A stretch of DNA of 63,934 nucleotides from a virus (taxonomy: Duplodnaviria; Caudoviricetes), in the IMG/VR virus record IMGVR_UViG_3300034954_002602, positions 1 to 63,934 of that record, one strand, 5' to 3'. Position 1 is the first letter of the stretch. Each line of letters opens with the position of its first letter. The notes beneath the pieces are model-generated. The model made no database searches, was not told the origin of the DNA, and saw nothing but the letters and a program-made list of their open reading frames with translations. Positions 10,320 to 20,061 of this stretch are shown here, one piece after another. The translations under genes and the position numbers were made by a program.

Positions 10320-10370
10320 CCCCATAGACTTATGCTAGAATTGTGCTATAATAAAGTGTAAATACCTACA

Positions 10371-10670
10371 ATGCAAAGACACACAAAAAGTTTATTAGAA
10401 GAATTAAGTTCAATGCCCTTGAAGAGGGACAAGGAAGAAGTGGTTGAAAGCAGGGCATCTCACATATTAGAGAGTGCCATCAGACTAATGACCTACATCA
10501 GAGAGAACTTTGACCAGGACACTGCATTTAAACTAGAGAAGAAATTTAACTCAGCACTTAAGAACATGGACGCATCTAAATTCAGCAAGGGTGTGGCTCG
10601 TATCAAAGAGAACAGAGACGTCAAAGAAAACGTGTTGAAAATCAAAGACGGCGAATACAAAGAGGACTAA
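10371..10670 (+). CDS. hypothetical phage protein
   Basis: ORF 6 nt after TAAATA late-type promoter. Confidence 0.7.
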   Translation: MQRHTKSLLEELSSMPLKRDKEEVVESRASHILESAIRLMTYIRENFDQDTAFKLEKKFNSALKNMDASKFSKGVARIKENRDVKENVLKIKDGEYKED

Positions 10671-10673
10671 TCA

Positions 10674-11888
10674 ATGTTGATAGAAGATGTCCTTACAGAA
10701 TTCAAAAGGACGCACCTAGAACACATCGAGGACATTGTCATAACCGACGGGTACGAAGGCGGTAAGGCTGTAATCGAGTATTTCAGAGGTTTGTTGTTGA
10801 CATTGAAAGGTACCAGTTCAGAAGCGATGAGTGTTTCTGTCAAGTGGGACGGCGCACCTGCCGTTGTGTGTGGGACAAACCCAGACAATGGTCGATTCTT
10901 TGTAGGCACAAAATCAGTGTTTGCCAAGAATGCAAAGGTAAACTACACGAAACGTGACATAGCAAACAACCACGGAACAGACGACCTAGGACAGAAGTTG
11001 TTGAAGTGTTTGGTTCATCTAAAGAAATTAAATATTCAAGGGGTAGTCCAAGGTGATCTACTTTTCACAGACGAAGACATCACACGTAAGAACGTAGACG
11101 GAAAACCTCATATCACTTTCACTCCTAACACCATAACTTATGCTGTGCCAGAAGCAGGTGATCTAGGGAAGAGGATAGATAGAGCAAAGGTTGGCATAAT
11201 ATTCCATACAACTTACGTTGGAGATTCTCTATCAGAAATGAACGCAAAGGGTGGAGCGGATGTAAGTGAATACACACAGAGTCCTGATGTGTTCTTTGAC
11301 AATGCAACGTACAAAGATGTATCAGGCAGTGCAAAGTTCACTGATGCAGAGACTAAACAGTTCTTCAATGGAATTGAAAAACTTGAGAACCTACTGAACT
11401 CAGTGCCACGTAACCTTTCGAGTGTGCTTGGACAAAACCAGGACTTCATCCCAATGTTTCAGATGTACATCAATGCTATGGTCAGAGAAGGACAACTGCC
11501 AAACGATGCAAACAAATTTTTACTAGGCTTTAAGAAATTCTACAACGACAGAATGCAACAGCAGATGTCAGGATTGAAAGCACAGAAGGCCTTGCAACTA
11601 AGACAGGACAAGATGAAACAGATGCCAGTGTTCCTAAACAGGGCCAAGAAGCCGCTACAGGCTATGCTGACTTTCTACAGGGCAGTGCAAACAATGAAAG
11701 CATTTGTTCTAAGGAAAATGAATCAAGCACAGGCCATAGGATCATTCCAACAGACGGATGGCGGACTAGAAGTCACAGAACCGGAAGGTTTCGTTGCTGT
11801 AGACAAGTCAGGTAATGCTGTTAAGTTGGTAGATAGGTTAGGATTCTCAAGAAGAAACTTGACTGCTATCAGCAAATTCAAGAAATAG
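10674..11888 (+). CDS. conserved large-phage protein (DUF6267-like)
   Basis: THLEHIED, KWDGAPA, FFVGTKSVF, PEGFV, KLVDR..FS motifs. Confidence 0.7.
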   Translation: MLIEDVLTEFKRTHLEHIEDIVITDGYEGGKAVIEYFRGLLLTLKGTSSEAMSVSVKWDGAPAVVCGTNPDNGRFFVGTKSVFAKNAKVNYTKRDIANNHGTDDLGQKLLKCLVHLKKLNIQGVVQGDLLFTDEDITRKNVDGKPHITFTPNTITYAVPEAGDLGKRIDRAKVGIIFHTTYVGDSLSEMNAKGGADVSEYTQSPDVFFDNATYKDVSGSAKFTDAETKQFFNGIEKLENLLNSVPRNLSSVLGQNQDFIPMFQMYINAMVREGQLPNDANKFLLGFKKFYNDRMQQQMSGLKAQKALQLRQDKMKQMPVFLNRAKKPLQAMLTFYRAVQTMKAFVLRKMNQAQAIGSFQQTDGGLEVTEPEGFVAVDKSGNAVKLVDRLGFSRRNLTAISKFKK

Positions 11889-12953
11889 TTCTAAAGTTTT
11901 ATTGATCTGTTTGCTTAACTTTTCCTCATTGAAAAAAGTATCGTAATTATGTTTCCTCAGAGATTGTGTCTGTAAGTAAATGTCTTGCCATTTCTTGTTG
12001 CCTCTCTCCACTTGACTCCCATTGTCACATTTAGATTTCAATTCCTTACATAAAGAAACTAGTTTATCAATACGTTTATCTTTGTCTTTCTCTAGATCAT
12101 ATGACTCGTCGAAGTAGGCACTGAAAGTTTTGAATCCCATCTCCCTCAATCTTTGCAAGTATAGATAGTTTCCATGTACAACAAAAACGTGCTGTGCAAT
12201 TATAGGTTTCCATATCTTCTCCGTCATAAAAACTTCATAATCATTATCATTGGTCTCCGATACCAATGAGCAGACTGTGTCAATGTAAGGAAGTTCGTAT
12301 ATGTCTTGGTCCTTGCCGAACCTAGGGTAATATTCTGGATCTATTCCAGGCAGTTCGTATTTGTTGTCTAGTCGCTTGGGAACATCTTTGCCAATGAAGG
12401 TGTGGATGCTGTTTTCTAAGACACCGGCTTCTATAAGGTCATCATACAGTTTTACTCTGTGTGGTCTTGGAGCCTTGTTAAGGTACAGGAAGTCGTGTTT
12501 CTTGTGCCAGTAACTGCCATTATGATCGTGGGTGAATTTGAACTGTGTGTTCTTGTGTTTCATATACATATAATGCCAAAACCAACTAACATCACCTGTC
12601 CATTTGCAATGGTGCAAATCTATCTCAGGATATAGTTTTGTGCTATTCACGTTCTCCAGTGATTCCCATGGAGTGGCCTTGATGAATACAAAACCTTGAC
12701 TGTGTAATAGGTCACATCTCTTTTTCAGTTCTTCAGCAAACTGCGGATTTTCTGACATCATCTTCATCTCTGACCTTACGTCAAGTATCGCAAACTTCCT
12801 GTCATACTTGTCCAAATCAAACAAATGCAGGTCATAATATTGACCCACAGTTTCGAATGACTGATCTTTTAGGCTATGCATCGAGATAAAACTCTCGAGA
12901 TCCTGATGGAATCCAGTTTTCATTATATCTGTTAGAATAAAGTTTCGTTGCAT
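11847..12953 (-). CDS. GT10-like putative glycosyltransferase
   Basis: LVSET...FMTEKIWKP...GFKTF...DESYD. Confidence 0.5.
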   Translation of the reverse strand: MQRNFILTDIMKTGFHQDLESFISMHSLKDQSFETVGQYYDLHLFDLDKYDRKFAILDVRSEMKMMSENPQFAEELKKRCDLLHSQGFVFIKATPWESLENVNSTKLYPEIDLHHCKWTGDVSWFWHYMYMKHKNTQFKFTHDHNGSYWHKKHDFLYLNKAPRPHRVKLYDDLIEAGVLENSIHTFIGKDVPKRLDNKYELPGIDPEYYPRFGKDQDIYELPYIDTVCSLVSETNDNDYEVFMTEKIWKPIIAQHVFVVHGNYLYLQRLREMGFKTFSAYFDESYDLEKDKDKRIDKLVSLCKELKSKCDNGSQVERGNKKWQDIYLQTQSLRKHNYDTFFNEEKLSKQINKTLELFLEFADSSQVSS

Positions 12954-12972
12954 ATGCTCTATAAATACCTAT

Positions 12973-13533
12973 ATGTTAACACCTTTCTTAAAGTATGTAT
13001 CTGAGGGCAGAGTCATAAGACGTTTTAGTGACTTGCAAAGATTCACGTTCCCTGAAGTCACTGAGCGTATCTATCTAAGTTTCTTGGCACTAGCATTAAT
13101 GAGTCAAGATAAAACAACCAAGTCCTTTGTCGATTCATACGTAGAGCAAACAATGGCCAAAGGGACGTTCGATCAGGTAAGAATGATCAACAATGACCTT
13201 GCAAATATGCTGGCGATTGTATCCGGTGATCCAGAGATCACTAAGAAATTAAAAAATAAAAATCAGGCACAGGCCATGAGACAAAGACAACCAGTGCCGG
13301 TAATGGCTTTACGTAGATATATGCGGACGTGGGAAGATCATTTCAGAAATCTCACACAACTGGAGCGGGCTCTCAACATCAACGATGCAAACTACAGAAA
13401 TGTAAGGAGAGCAGTAGCCAATTATAAAAATTTAAACAGCAAGGCGAAGTCACAAACTCTCGACAAGATCAAACAGATGTTACACAGGAAGTTACCTGGC
13501 ACTGACATACACAAAAAGGTAAAGGAACTATAA
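12973..13533 (+). CDS. hypothetical phage protein
   Basis: ORF 5 nt after TATAAATA. Confidence 0.7.
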   Translation: MLTPFLKYVSEGRVIRRFSDLQRFTFPEVTERIYLSFLALALMSQDKTTKSFVDSYVEQTMAKGTFDQVRMINNDLANMLAIVSGDPEITKKLKNKNQAQAMRQRQPVPVMALRRYMRTWEDHFRNLTQLERALNINDANYRNVRRAVANYKNLNSKAKSQTLDKIKQMLHRKLPGTDIHKKVKEL

Positions 13534-13661
13534 TGCAAGAAGAGAAAAGGAAAGTCTGTCATCGATGTGCCTGTGATCCTCACTGCAAATCTAGATGTAA
13601 CAACTGTGACCAGTGCGATGTTTGTGAGTGCAATAAGTGTCTAGGGAGCGAATCATGTTGA
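13533..13661 (+). CDS. metallothionein-like Cys-rich peptide 1 (42 aa)
   Basis: MQEEKRKVCHRCACDPHCKSRCNNCDQCDVCECNKCLGSESC; TAATG-coupled to upstream stop. Confidence 0.75.
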   Translation: MQEEKRKVCHRCACDPHCKSRCNNCDQCDVCECNKCLGSESC

Positions 13662-13777
13662 TAGAATACATCTGCGAAAAGTGTGGCTGTGAGCAACACT
13701 GTAAAAGTTCTTGCACAGAATGTAGGGATTGTCCCGACTGTTTCTGCAAAAAGTGTAATGACGCTAGAGAACAATAA
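13655..13777 (+). CDS. metallothionein-like Cys-rich peptide 2 (40 aa)
   Basis: MLIEYICEKCGCEQHCKSSCTECRDCPDCFCKKCNDAREQ; GGGAG SD; same Cys/His spacing as peptide 1. Confidence 0.75.
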   Translation: MLIEYICEKCGCEQHCKSSCTECRDCPDCFCKKCNDAREQ

Positions 13778-14390
13778 TTACTGGGTCCTGTACAATCACC
13801 ACACCACGCCCACATTCATTGAAAATGCTAATGGCGGACAGCAGAGACAGAGGAACCGTGCATTACAGCACGTCAAACGTTGGCGTGTGTGTTTGGACAT
13901 AGGTAGCAACATAGGACAGTGGACTAGACCGTTGTCAAGAATATTTGACAGTGTTGTGTGCTTCGAACCCAATCCCAACTTCAGAGAATGTTTCCAAAGA
14001 AACGTAACGTCAAACAATGTAACTCTGTGGCCCTATGGACTTTCAAGCCATGAACACAAGGCCAATCAGATTTTCAACTCCACTGTTCTTCAAAAGGGCG
14101 ATGGAGATATAGAGTGTAGGACACTGGACAGTTTTGGATTAACCAACGTTGACTTCGTTAAGATTGATGTTGACGGTTTTGAACTTGAATTACTTGAGGG
14201 TGCAAGTAAAACACTCACAGAGAACAATCCTGTAATAAACATTGAAATGAAGAGAAACAAATATCAGCCTGCACATAAACAAAGTGCCACAAGGCAAAAG
14301 TTAGTAGATCAATGTGATGCTATACTAAGAAATCTTGGATATAAGTTTATAAAACGTACGAAAAGCGACGAAGTGTGGCTAAAACCATAA
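13758..14390 (+). CDS. FkbM family methyltransferase
   Basis: LDIGSNIG, FEPNP, VDFVKIDVDGFE; start trimmed to MTLENN. Confidence 0.85.
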   Translation: MTLENNNYWVLYNHHTTPTFIENANGGQQRQRNRALQHVKRWRVCLDIGSNIGQWTRPLSRIFDSVVCFEPNPNFRECFQRNVTSNNVTLWPYGLSSHEHKANQIFNSTVLQKGDGDIECRTLDSFGLTNVDFVKIDVDGFELELLEGASKTLTENNPVINIEMKRNKYQPAHKQSATRQKLVDQCDAILRNLGYKFIKRTKSDEVWLKP

Positions 14391-14418
14391 TATTACAGCA
14401 TAATTTACCAAAATAAGG

Positions 14419-14453
14419 TATAAATACTTTCAACTGCTGTCAGAGTGACAGCA
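14419..14453 (+). promoter_or_regulatory. T4-type late promoter plus 5' leader hairpin
   Basis: TATAAATA (14419-14426) then TGCTGTCA-GAG-TGACAGCA. Confidence 0.7.
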
Positions 14454-14488
14454 AGGCTTTTTAACCAGAGAAATAGGAGGGTAATAAA

Positions 14489-14887
14489 ATGCCAATAGCA
14501 AAAAACAACTTCTCTAGAAACGAAAACTACGAAGTAGGTTCAGTTGATATGACTTTCTTCACAGTTGATTTCATTAACTCAATGGCTTCTGAGACTGCAG
14601 ATTTTTCAGCGTCTAACGCCGTTGCTGGTTTAGAAATGACTAGAGCAACAATCGAAGGACAAGGTGTACCTGTGTTAATGGAAGGTCCATTAGCAGACTC
14701 AAACACACAAAAAACTTACGGTACAAGAACAGACTGTTTAGATGCAATTTCGTCTACTACAACAATCGCGGCTTTACAAACAGCCATCAGAGCGTTGAAC
14801 GGTAACGGAAGAGTTACAGCAACAATCAGTTCTGCAACAGTTACAGAAACTAAACTTGGTATCTTAACTGCGGCGGCTATAAGTTAA
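14489..14887 (+). CDS. probable virion structural protein
   Basis: Ala/Thr/Ser-rich; strong SD AGGAGG; own late promoter and terminator. Confidence 0.6.
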   Translation: MPIAKNNFSRNENYEVGSVDMTFFTVDFINSMASETADFSASNAVAGLEMTRATIEGQGVPVLMEGPLADSNTQKTYGTRTDCLDAISSTTTIAALQTAIRALNGNGRVTATISSATVTETKLGILTAAAIS

Positions 14888-14906
14888 TAGTTTTCACTAT
14901 TACCAT

Positions 14907-14941
14907 AAGGGTGGGTCTTTTTTTAGGCCCACTCTTTTTTT
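14907..14941 (+). terminator. rho-independent terminator
   Basis: AAGGGTGGGTCT-loop-AGGCCCACTCTT plus T-run. Confidence 0.85.
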
Positions 14942-14959
14942 ACGGCTAAATTATAACAT

Positions 14960-15592
14960 ATGAGCATCCAAACAATCCTTGAAATAATGAGACGACCCGA
15001 TAACGGAATGCGAATTAAGAATCCTGTTATCATAGACATCAATGAAAAAGTAGGTTGGCTACATTTGACAGGCGGTGCGGTGCACAGCATGATTGCGTGG
15101 CTTAACGAGTTTCATCTTAACGAATTCAAAGAAATAGAGACAGACAAGATAGAGTCCTATGACAAGGACGTGTTCGCCATACTGAAAGAACCAGAACAGA
15201 GATACTGGGATGGCATCACAGAATGGAGCACCTGTTGGGGCACTCATGAATGGTGGCAACACGATGACATCATGGAATGGTTCCCACATTTCGACAGATA
15301 CACCTGGCGTTACTCAGATCAGATAGATGGCGTCAAAGAAGTCAAACATCTGTTGAAATTAGATAACAACCTTAGTGATAAGATAGAAGCACTGGCAAAA
15401 CAGTATGACTTCAAATGCCCATATGGCATAGAAAAAGTTCGTCCACGATACAAAAAAGACAAGGCGGTGATAGAGATACATGAAACTATAACACCCAAAT
15501 TCAAATCTTTGGTCCAGGAAAGTCCAGAACTTTCTCAAAAGTTGGAAGAGTATCTGGCTCCGGATGTTTGGTACTACGCTAAGGCGAAATAA
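14960..15592 (+). CDS. hypothetical protein
   Basis: 210-aa ORF in gene-dense run. Confidence 0.65.
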   Translation: MSIQTILEIMRRPDNGMRIKNPVIIDINEKVGWLHLTGGAVHSMIAWLNEFHLNEFKEIETDKIESYDKDVFAILKEPEQRYWDGITEWSTCWGTHEWWQHDDIMEWFPHFDRYTWRYSDQIDGVKEVKHLLKLDNNLSDKIEALAKQYDFKCPYGIEKVRPRYKKDKAVIEIHETITPKFKSLVQESPELSQKLEEYLAPDVWYYAKAK

Positions 15593-15594
15593 TA

Positions 15595-16068
15595 ATGTAC
15601 GAATTCAGAGTCCACACACTGGTCGACATCACAGACAATGGTGTGCTTAACAAACCATTCCCTTTTAAAACAGAATCAGGTGAAGTGATACACGACAAAC
15701 ACACACTCGCCATTGCTAGGAATCAAAATGCAAATTTCAACACTATGCTACAACTTTTACAGATGAGAGGTAACGTGACCTGGGAGAATCCTCCTGAGAG
15801 GTTAGACTTGCAATCCCTTGGCAATCACGGATTCGGATCTTTCTACGAAGGCAAACACACCACTTGGCACTTCCAGTTCTTCACTGAACAATCTGGAGTG
15901 TATGGTGACACTATAGACCCGACCGCTTTCCTACAGGACGACTTCCACCAGGTGCCCATAGTGAGTTTCTGCAAGGAGACTGCAACCTTTCCGTTGAGCA
16001 CATTCGATACACAAACACCCACAACCATAAACACGTACTTTTCATACGCTGGGCCTACTGATAAATAA
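15595..16068 (+). CDS. hypothetical phage protein
   Basis: TLVDIT...RNQ..NFNT.LQ.L..R pattern; gene-dense run. Confidence 0.65.
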   Translation: MYEFRVHTLVDITDNGVLNKPFPFKTESGEVIHDKHTLAIARNQNANFNTMLQLLQMRGNVTWENPPERLDLQSLGNHGFGSFYEGKHTTWHFQFFTEQSGVYGDTIDPTAFLQDDFHQVPIVSFCKETATFPLSTFDTQTPTTINTYFSYAGPTDK

Positions 16069-16115
16069 CAGTACATTTAGGCACAAATAGAAACTAACAA
16101 AGGCACAACTAGGCA

Positions 16116-16421
16116 ATGACTCAGGCTCATTTACAGGCTCTATTGATGGAGGTACAGAACCTCAAGAGTGAGATTAAAAATTATATGAGTACAACAGAAT
16201 TAGAGAAACAAAACCTAGAAGCACACGTGGACCTTTGCTCCGAGAGATACAAAGGCCTACACGATAGATTGAGTGCGATAGAACTTCGTCTAGGCAAAAT
16301 GAACGAAGAGATGACACAAGGTCACAAGTCACAGACTAAGACAATCATAGCAACAGCGGGCACAGTAGTCGCAGGCTTACTATCAACAGTGGTAGTGATC
16401 CTGATGAAGATGCCAGGCTAA
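16116..16421 (+). CDS. coiled-coil protein with C-terminal TM helix
   Basis: LEAHVDLCSERY coiled coil then hydrophobic tail; alternative start 16185. Confidence 0.65.
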   Translation: MTQAHLQALLMEVQNLKSEIKNYMSTTELEKQNLEAHVDLCSERYKGLHDRLSAIELRLGKMNEEMTQGHKSQTKTIIATAGTVVAGLLSTVVVILMKMPG

Positions 16422-16434
16422 AATTTACCAATAG

Positions 16435-16668
16435 ATGTTCATACAGATAGCACCCAAGGCCAAGGTCTACGTAACAGATGCGGACGTAGAATTCATCAGG
16501 CAACACACATCAGAATCATTCAGGGCAAAGCAACTGTCACAAGAGGACGCGGACAGAGCCAAGCGATTGGCAGACAAGGCGGTGTTCGTTAGGAAAAAAC
16601 TTGACGACGATACGCAATATGCTTTAAATAGGAAGATAAGGTTTGTTGCTAATGACAGGAAAAAATAA
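16435..16668 (+). CDS. hypothetical protein
   Basis: ORF in operon-like run. Confidence 0.6.
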   Translation: MFIQIAPKAKVYVTDADVEFIRQHTSESFRAKQLSQEDADRAKRLADKAVFVRKKLDDDTQYALNRKIRFVANDRKK

Positions 16669-17155
16669 ATCAGAACTGGTAAAACAGATTGAGGCCTATG
16701 GACTCAAGAACAAATTACATGACCTCGCACGGAAGGAAGAGGCACGTAGACCGTTTCGCCACTTACCCAAACAGTTCTCCAAAGGAATCCTTATAGGTAA
16801 CATAGCGATCGTCCCCAAGAAACACACAGGTACCAGGTATGTGTATGTGATAGCCGACATGATGGAAGCAAGAGTGTTACACGAAAGCATCAACCTTAAA
16901 CAGACTGCAATACTTGTGGCACACTATTTGGCCGATCATAAAAGCATACCGCACAACATAATAGAACTGGACACCAAACACGCATCACAACTGTTTGACA
17001 TACAGAATGCAAAACGTATGATCAGAGAAGCACAGAAAGAGAAGGATGAACTGATGGAGGACGTGTATTGGGATAGGCTAGACGTCGCAAACCGCCTAGC
17101 GGACGAATGCAAGAGCAAAATCCAGCACATCTTTAATGACACGTTCGGAGGCTAG
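16652..17155 (+). CDS. hypothetical protein
   Basis: ORF; ATG start MTGKNK. Confidence 0.6.
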   Translation: MTGKNKSELVKQIEAYGLKNKLHDLARKEEARRPFRHLPKQFSKGILIGNIAIVPKKHTGTRYVYVIADMMEARVLHESINLKQTAILVAHYLADHKSIPHNIIELDTKHASQLFDIQNAKRMIREAQKEKDELMEDVYWDRLDVANRLADECKSKIQHIFNDTFGG

Positions 17156-17173
17156 ATAATAAATAAACACAGT

Positions 17174-18037
17174 ATGAAGAGTTTAGACCTTACAAAACCA
17201 GTAACAACTGAATCATTATTAAAAGAATTTGAATCTAGGTTCAATATGACTATGGACCTAAGCAGTCTTAACGAAGTTGAATTGCAAGACTATGCAAATC
17301 ACGTGAGAACAAAGATCCACGAAATCACACAAAACACACACTTCGGACAAGAACTTAAAGACGACAAGTATCAGAAGAACCAAATGATGCTTGATATTAT
17401 AAACCAGGCAATACAAGAAAGAAAACTTGCTGAATATGGTGGCAACATGGGTGATCCAGAAGCCAAAGCAGGGTCAACAGCAATCAGTGCCAAAGACAAG
17501 TTAGACAAAGGACAAACTTTATCGCAAGACGAAAAAAAAGTTGTAAGCAAAATGCTAACAAAAGAAGGCGTAGAAGAACAATCAGAATTAATTTTAGCGG
17601 CCAAGGACATGATGGACAAGGTAACAGGTTACTTGGAAGATCTAGCATCAATGAAGACAGAAGGTATGTTAGAACTAGCAGACAGAATCAGAGATGAAAT
17701 GGGTGCGGAGAAGGCAGACGCATTCATTCAAAAAATCCAACCAGCGATTGAACAGGCAGAAGCCACTTTATCGACAACTAGACAAGAACTAGACAACGGT
17801 GTAAGAATATTGACCGGAGAAGAAGTTGCTTCAGAACCCATGGGAGCCGATGACACGATGGATATGGATGCAGACGCAGACCTAGACTCACTGGACTCAG
17901 ACGATGCAGAGGCAGATGAGTTTGGTGCCTCTGATGCCGAAGCAGGCGGAACTGAGCCGGAAGGCAGAGAGCAAAGAGAATCCAAAGAAGTGTTTGAAGC
18001 ATCAAACAGGATCCTAGGCAAACTAGCGGGGAACTAA
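17174..18037 (+). CDS. acidic hypothetical protein (possible head core/scaffold)
   Basis: Helical, Asp/Glu-rich C-terminus; TAAATA upstream. Confidence 0.55.
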   Translation: MKSLDLTKPVTTESLLKEFESRFNMTMDLSSLNEVELQDYANHVRTKIHEITQNTHFGQELKDDKYQKNQMMLDIINQAIQERKLAEYGGNMGDPEAKAGSTAISAKDKLDKGQTLSQDEKKVVSKMLTKEGVEEQSELILAAKDMMDKVTGYLEDLASMKTEGMLELADRIRDEMGAEKADAFIQKIQPAIEQAEATLSTTRQELDNGVRILTGEEVASEPMGADDTMDMDADADLDSLDSDDAEADEFGASDAEAGGTEPEGREQRESKEVFEASNRILGKLAGN

Positions 18038-18041
18038 TCCC

Positions 18042-18398
18042 GTGAGATTTTTCGAATTTAAAAAATCAGACAGCGATTTAGAATCAGCGATCATTAATGT
18101 TTTACTGAATATGAGAGGCAGTGCCGATGAGAAAGACGTGGCGAGCCAGATCAGTATGGACGCTGTGAAACAGATAATGAGCAACACAGGTTATCCAGCA
18201 TTCAATTACGATGTATTCAAAAGAATCTATGATCAAGACGGTGATCTCAAGAATGTTGTTGCAGACTTTGATCAAGAGAAAATCATTGTAAAAACAGACC
18301 ACGAAGCAGAGAAAGATCCTGCTATGGACTATGACGACCAAGGTAGCACAGACGTCGTAAAGAAGATGGCCAAGTCTGCCATGAACAGACGAAAATAA
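18042..18398 (+). CDS. hypothetical phage protein
   Basis: MRFFEF-type N-terminus; GTG start. Confidence 0.6.
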   Translation: MRFFEFKKSDSDLESAIINVLLNMRGSADEKDVASQISMDAVKQIMSNTGYPAFNYDVFKRIYDQDGDLKNVVADFDQEKIIVKTDHEAEKDPAMDYDDQGSTDVVKKMAKSAMNRRK

Positions 18399-18413
18399 GC
18401 AATAATTACTACT

Positions 18414-18800
18414 ATGCATTATAAAAGTAGAACATACCAGTTGAACTCATTGCGACTGGGACTTATTAATGAGGATAACCTCTACGGCAAGCCTACTGTC
18501 TTTGTTACTGTTGGTTCGCAAGGTCCAAATGTCGAACAAACTGTAAAAAAATATCTGCAAATGCACAAAGAAGGAAAGCACAACGTGATTGCGATACCAT
18601 ATGATCTCGAAGGATGGGAGCCAGGCGATGATTATGAAATATACACCTACTATGAAAATTTCCTAGGCATTGAATTCTATGTCACAGAAAAACTTAAACG
18701 AGATCATATCTTCTTTAAACATTTCGGTGTTCCAACTAAAAATTTCACAGAATATCATTTTACCAAGGATACAGCCTTCATAGGAATGTTCAATGAGTAA
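18414..18800 (+). CDS. hypothetical protein
   Basis: ORF 5 nt after TAATTA. Confidence 0.6.
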   Translation: MHYKSRTYQLNSLRLGLINEDNLYGKPTVFVTVGSQGPNVEQTVKKYLQMHKEGKHNVIAIPYDLEGWEPGDDYEIYTYYENFLGIEFYVTEKLKRDHIFFKHFGVPTKNFTEYHFTKDTAFIGMFNE

Positions 18801-20061
18801 AGTCTATTGCGATTACCCTTTCAATCACAACTATGTCCACACAAACGGAAAGATGAGATTGTGTTGTACCACCATACAGGATATTCCAACAGACAACAAC
18901 TACAATCTGTTTGACGCTAACAAACACAGCATAGACGAATATTGGAACAGCAATCGTATGAAAGAAATACGTAGAAAAATGATTGCAGGAGAAAAGATCA
19001 GGGATTGTGCAAGGTGTTACAAACAAGAAGAGAGTGGTCTAGAAAGTTTAAGGCAAACTCGAGGTATGGATGAATACGTGAAACGCACCCTGCCCGATGG
19101 CACATTCGATGGTCGTGCAACAACAATGCAAGTACAGATGGGAAACGTTTGTAATCTAAAATGCAAGATGTGTAGTCAGATGTACAGTCATATGCACGGA
19201 CTGGAAACCAAAGCAATAGGTGAACAGGATCCAGAATGGCTTCACTGGGTGAAAACACAAGGAGCCAACGTCAACAACTGGACGAACCAATTAGGTGAGA
19301 AACAGGAATGGTACAAGAACACTGAATTCAAAAAACAAATCTTCGAACACATAAGTTCAAACATAGTAGATTTAACAATCATCGGAGGTGAACCTACACT
19401 GATTCCGGAGTTCTATGAACTGTTCGAATACTGCGAAGACAAAGGAACCCTAGGCAATAAAACTATACGTGTCACTACCAACCTGACAAATACCAATCCA
19501 AAATTAACAAGGTGGTTGCCAAAACTAAAAGATTGGTCAATCTTTGCCAGCATTGACGGCATAGGTGAGAGGACAGAATACATTAGATATCCAAGTGACT
19601 GGAATAAGGTGAATCAAAGCCTCGACTTCTACAAAAGTCTTATTGGAAAAACAGGGCACATTTCGTTAAGTCCTGCTGTGCAATTATTAAACATAGATCA
19701 ATTGGATGAAATAGTGGCATGGTGGAAACAATGGTGTGGAACAGATGTACTGAAAGGTAGGTATGGATGGTCTTGGTTGGCAACAGTTTGGTATCCTCTG
19801 ATTTGCAATCCAAACATAGCGCCTCGTCCATGGCGTCTCAAAGTAGCAGAAAAATTAAGCAAATACAAGTTTGATGAGCAGTACGATAATCTCATAGAGT
19901 CATTACGCACAGATCAGCACCCAGACCAAAAAGCAAAAGATCTACAGAGAGCGTTCATCAAATATAACGACAAGCAAGATCAATTTAGGAATGTCAAGAT
20001 CACTTGGAGACAATTAGTGCCTGCACTCGAACAAGCGATATTAGAAAATCTTAACGATTAA
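18793..20061 (+). CDS. radical SAM protein with N-terminal SPASM/twitch-like Cys domain
   Basis: CNLKCKMC, GGEPT, SIDG; N-terminal C..P...CC...CxxC. Confidence 0.85.
   Translation: MSKVYCDYPFNHNYVHTNGKMRLCCTTIQDIPTDNNYNLFDANKHSIDEYWNSNRMKEIRRKMIAGEKIRDCARCYKQEESGLESLRQTRGMDEYVKRTLPDGTFDGRATTMQVQMGNVCNLKCKMCSQMYSHMHGLETKAIGEQDPEWLHWVKTQGANVNNWTNQLGEKQEWYKNTEFKKQIFEHISSNIVDLTIIGGEPTLIPEFYELFEYCEDKGTLGNKTIRVTTNLTNTNPKLTRWLPKLKDWSIFASIDGIGERTEYIRYPSDWNKVNQSLDFYKSLIGKTGHISLSPAVQLLNIDQLDEIVAWWKQWCGTDVLKGRYGWSWLATVWYPLICNPNIAPRPWRLKVAEKLSKYKFDEQYDNLIESLRTDQHPDQKAKDLQRAFIKYNDKQDQFRNVKITWRQLVPALEQAILENLND

Noticed and set aside
13580-13815. Minus-strand ORFs and the 25-aa FkbM N-terminal extension
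   Set aside because: Shadows of the two Cys-rich + strand peptides
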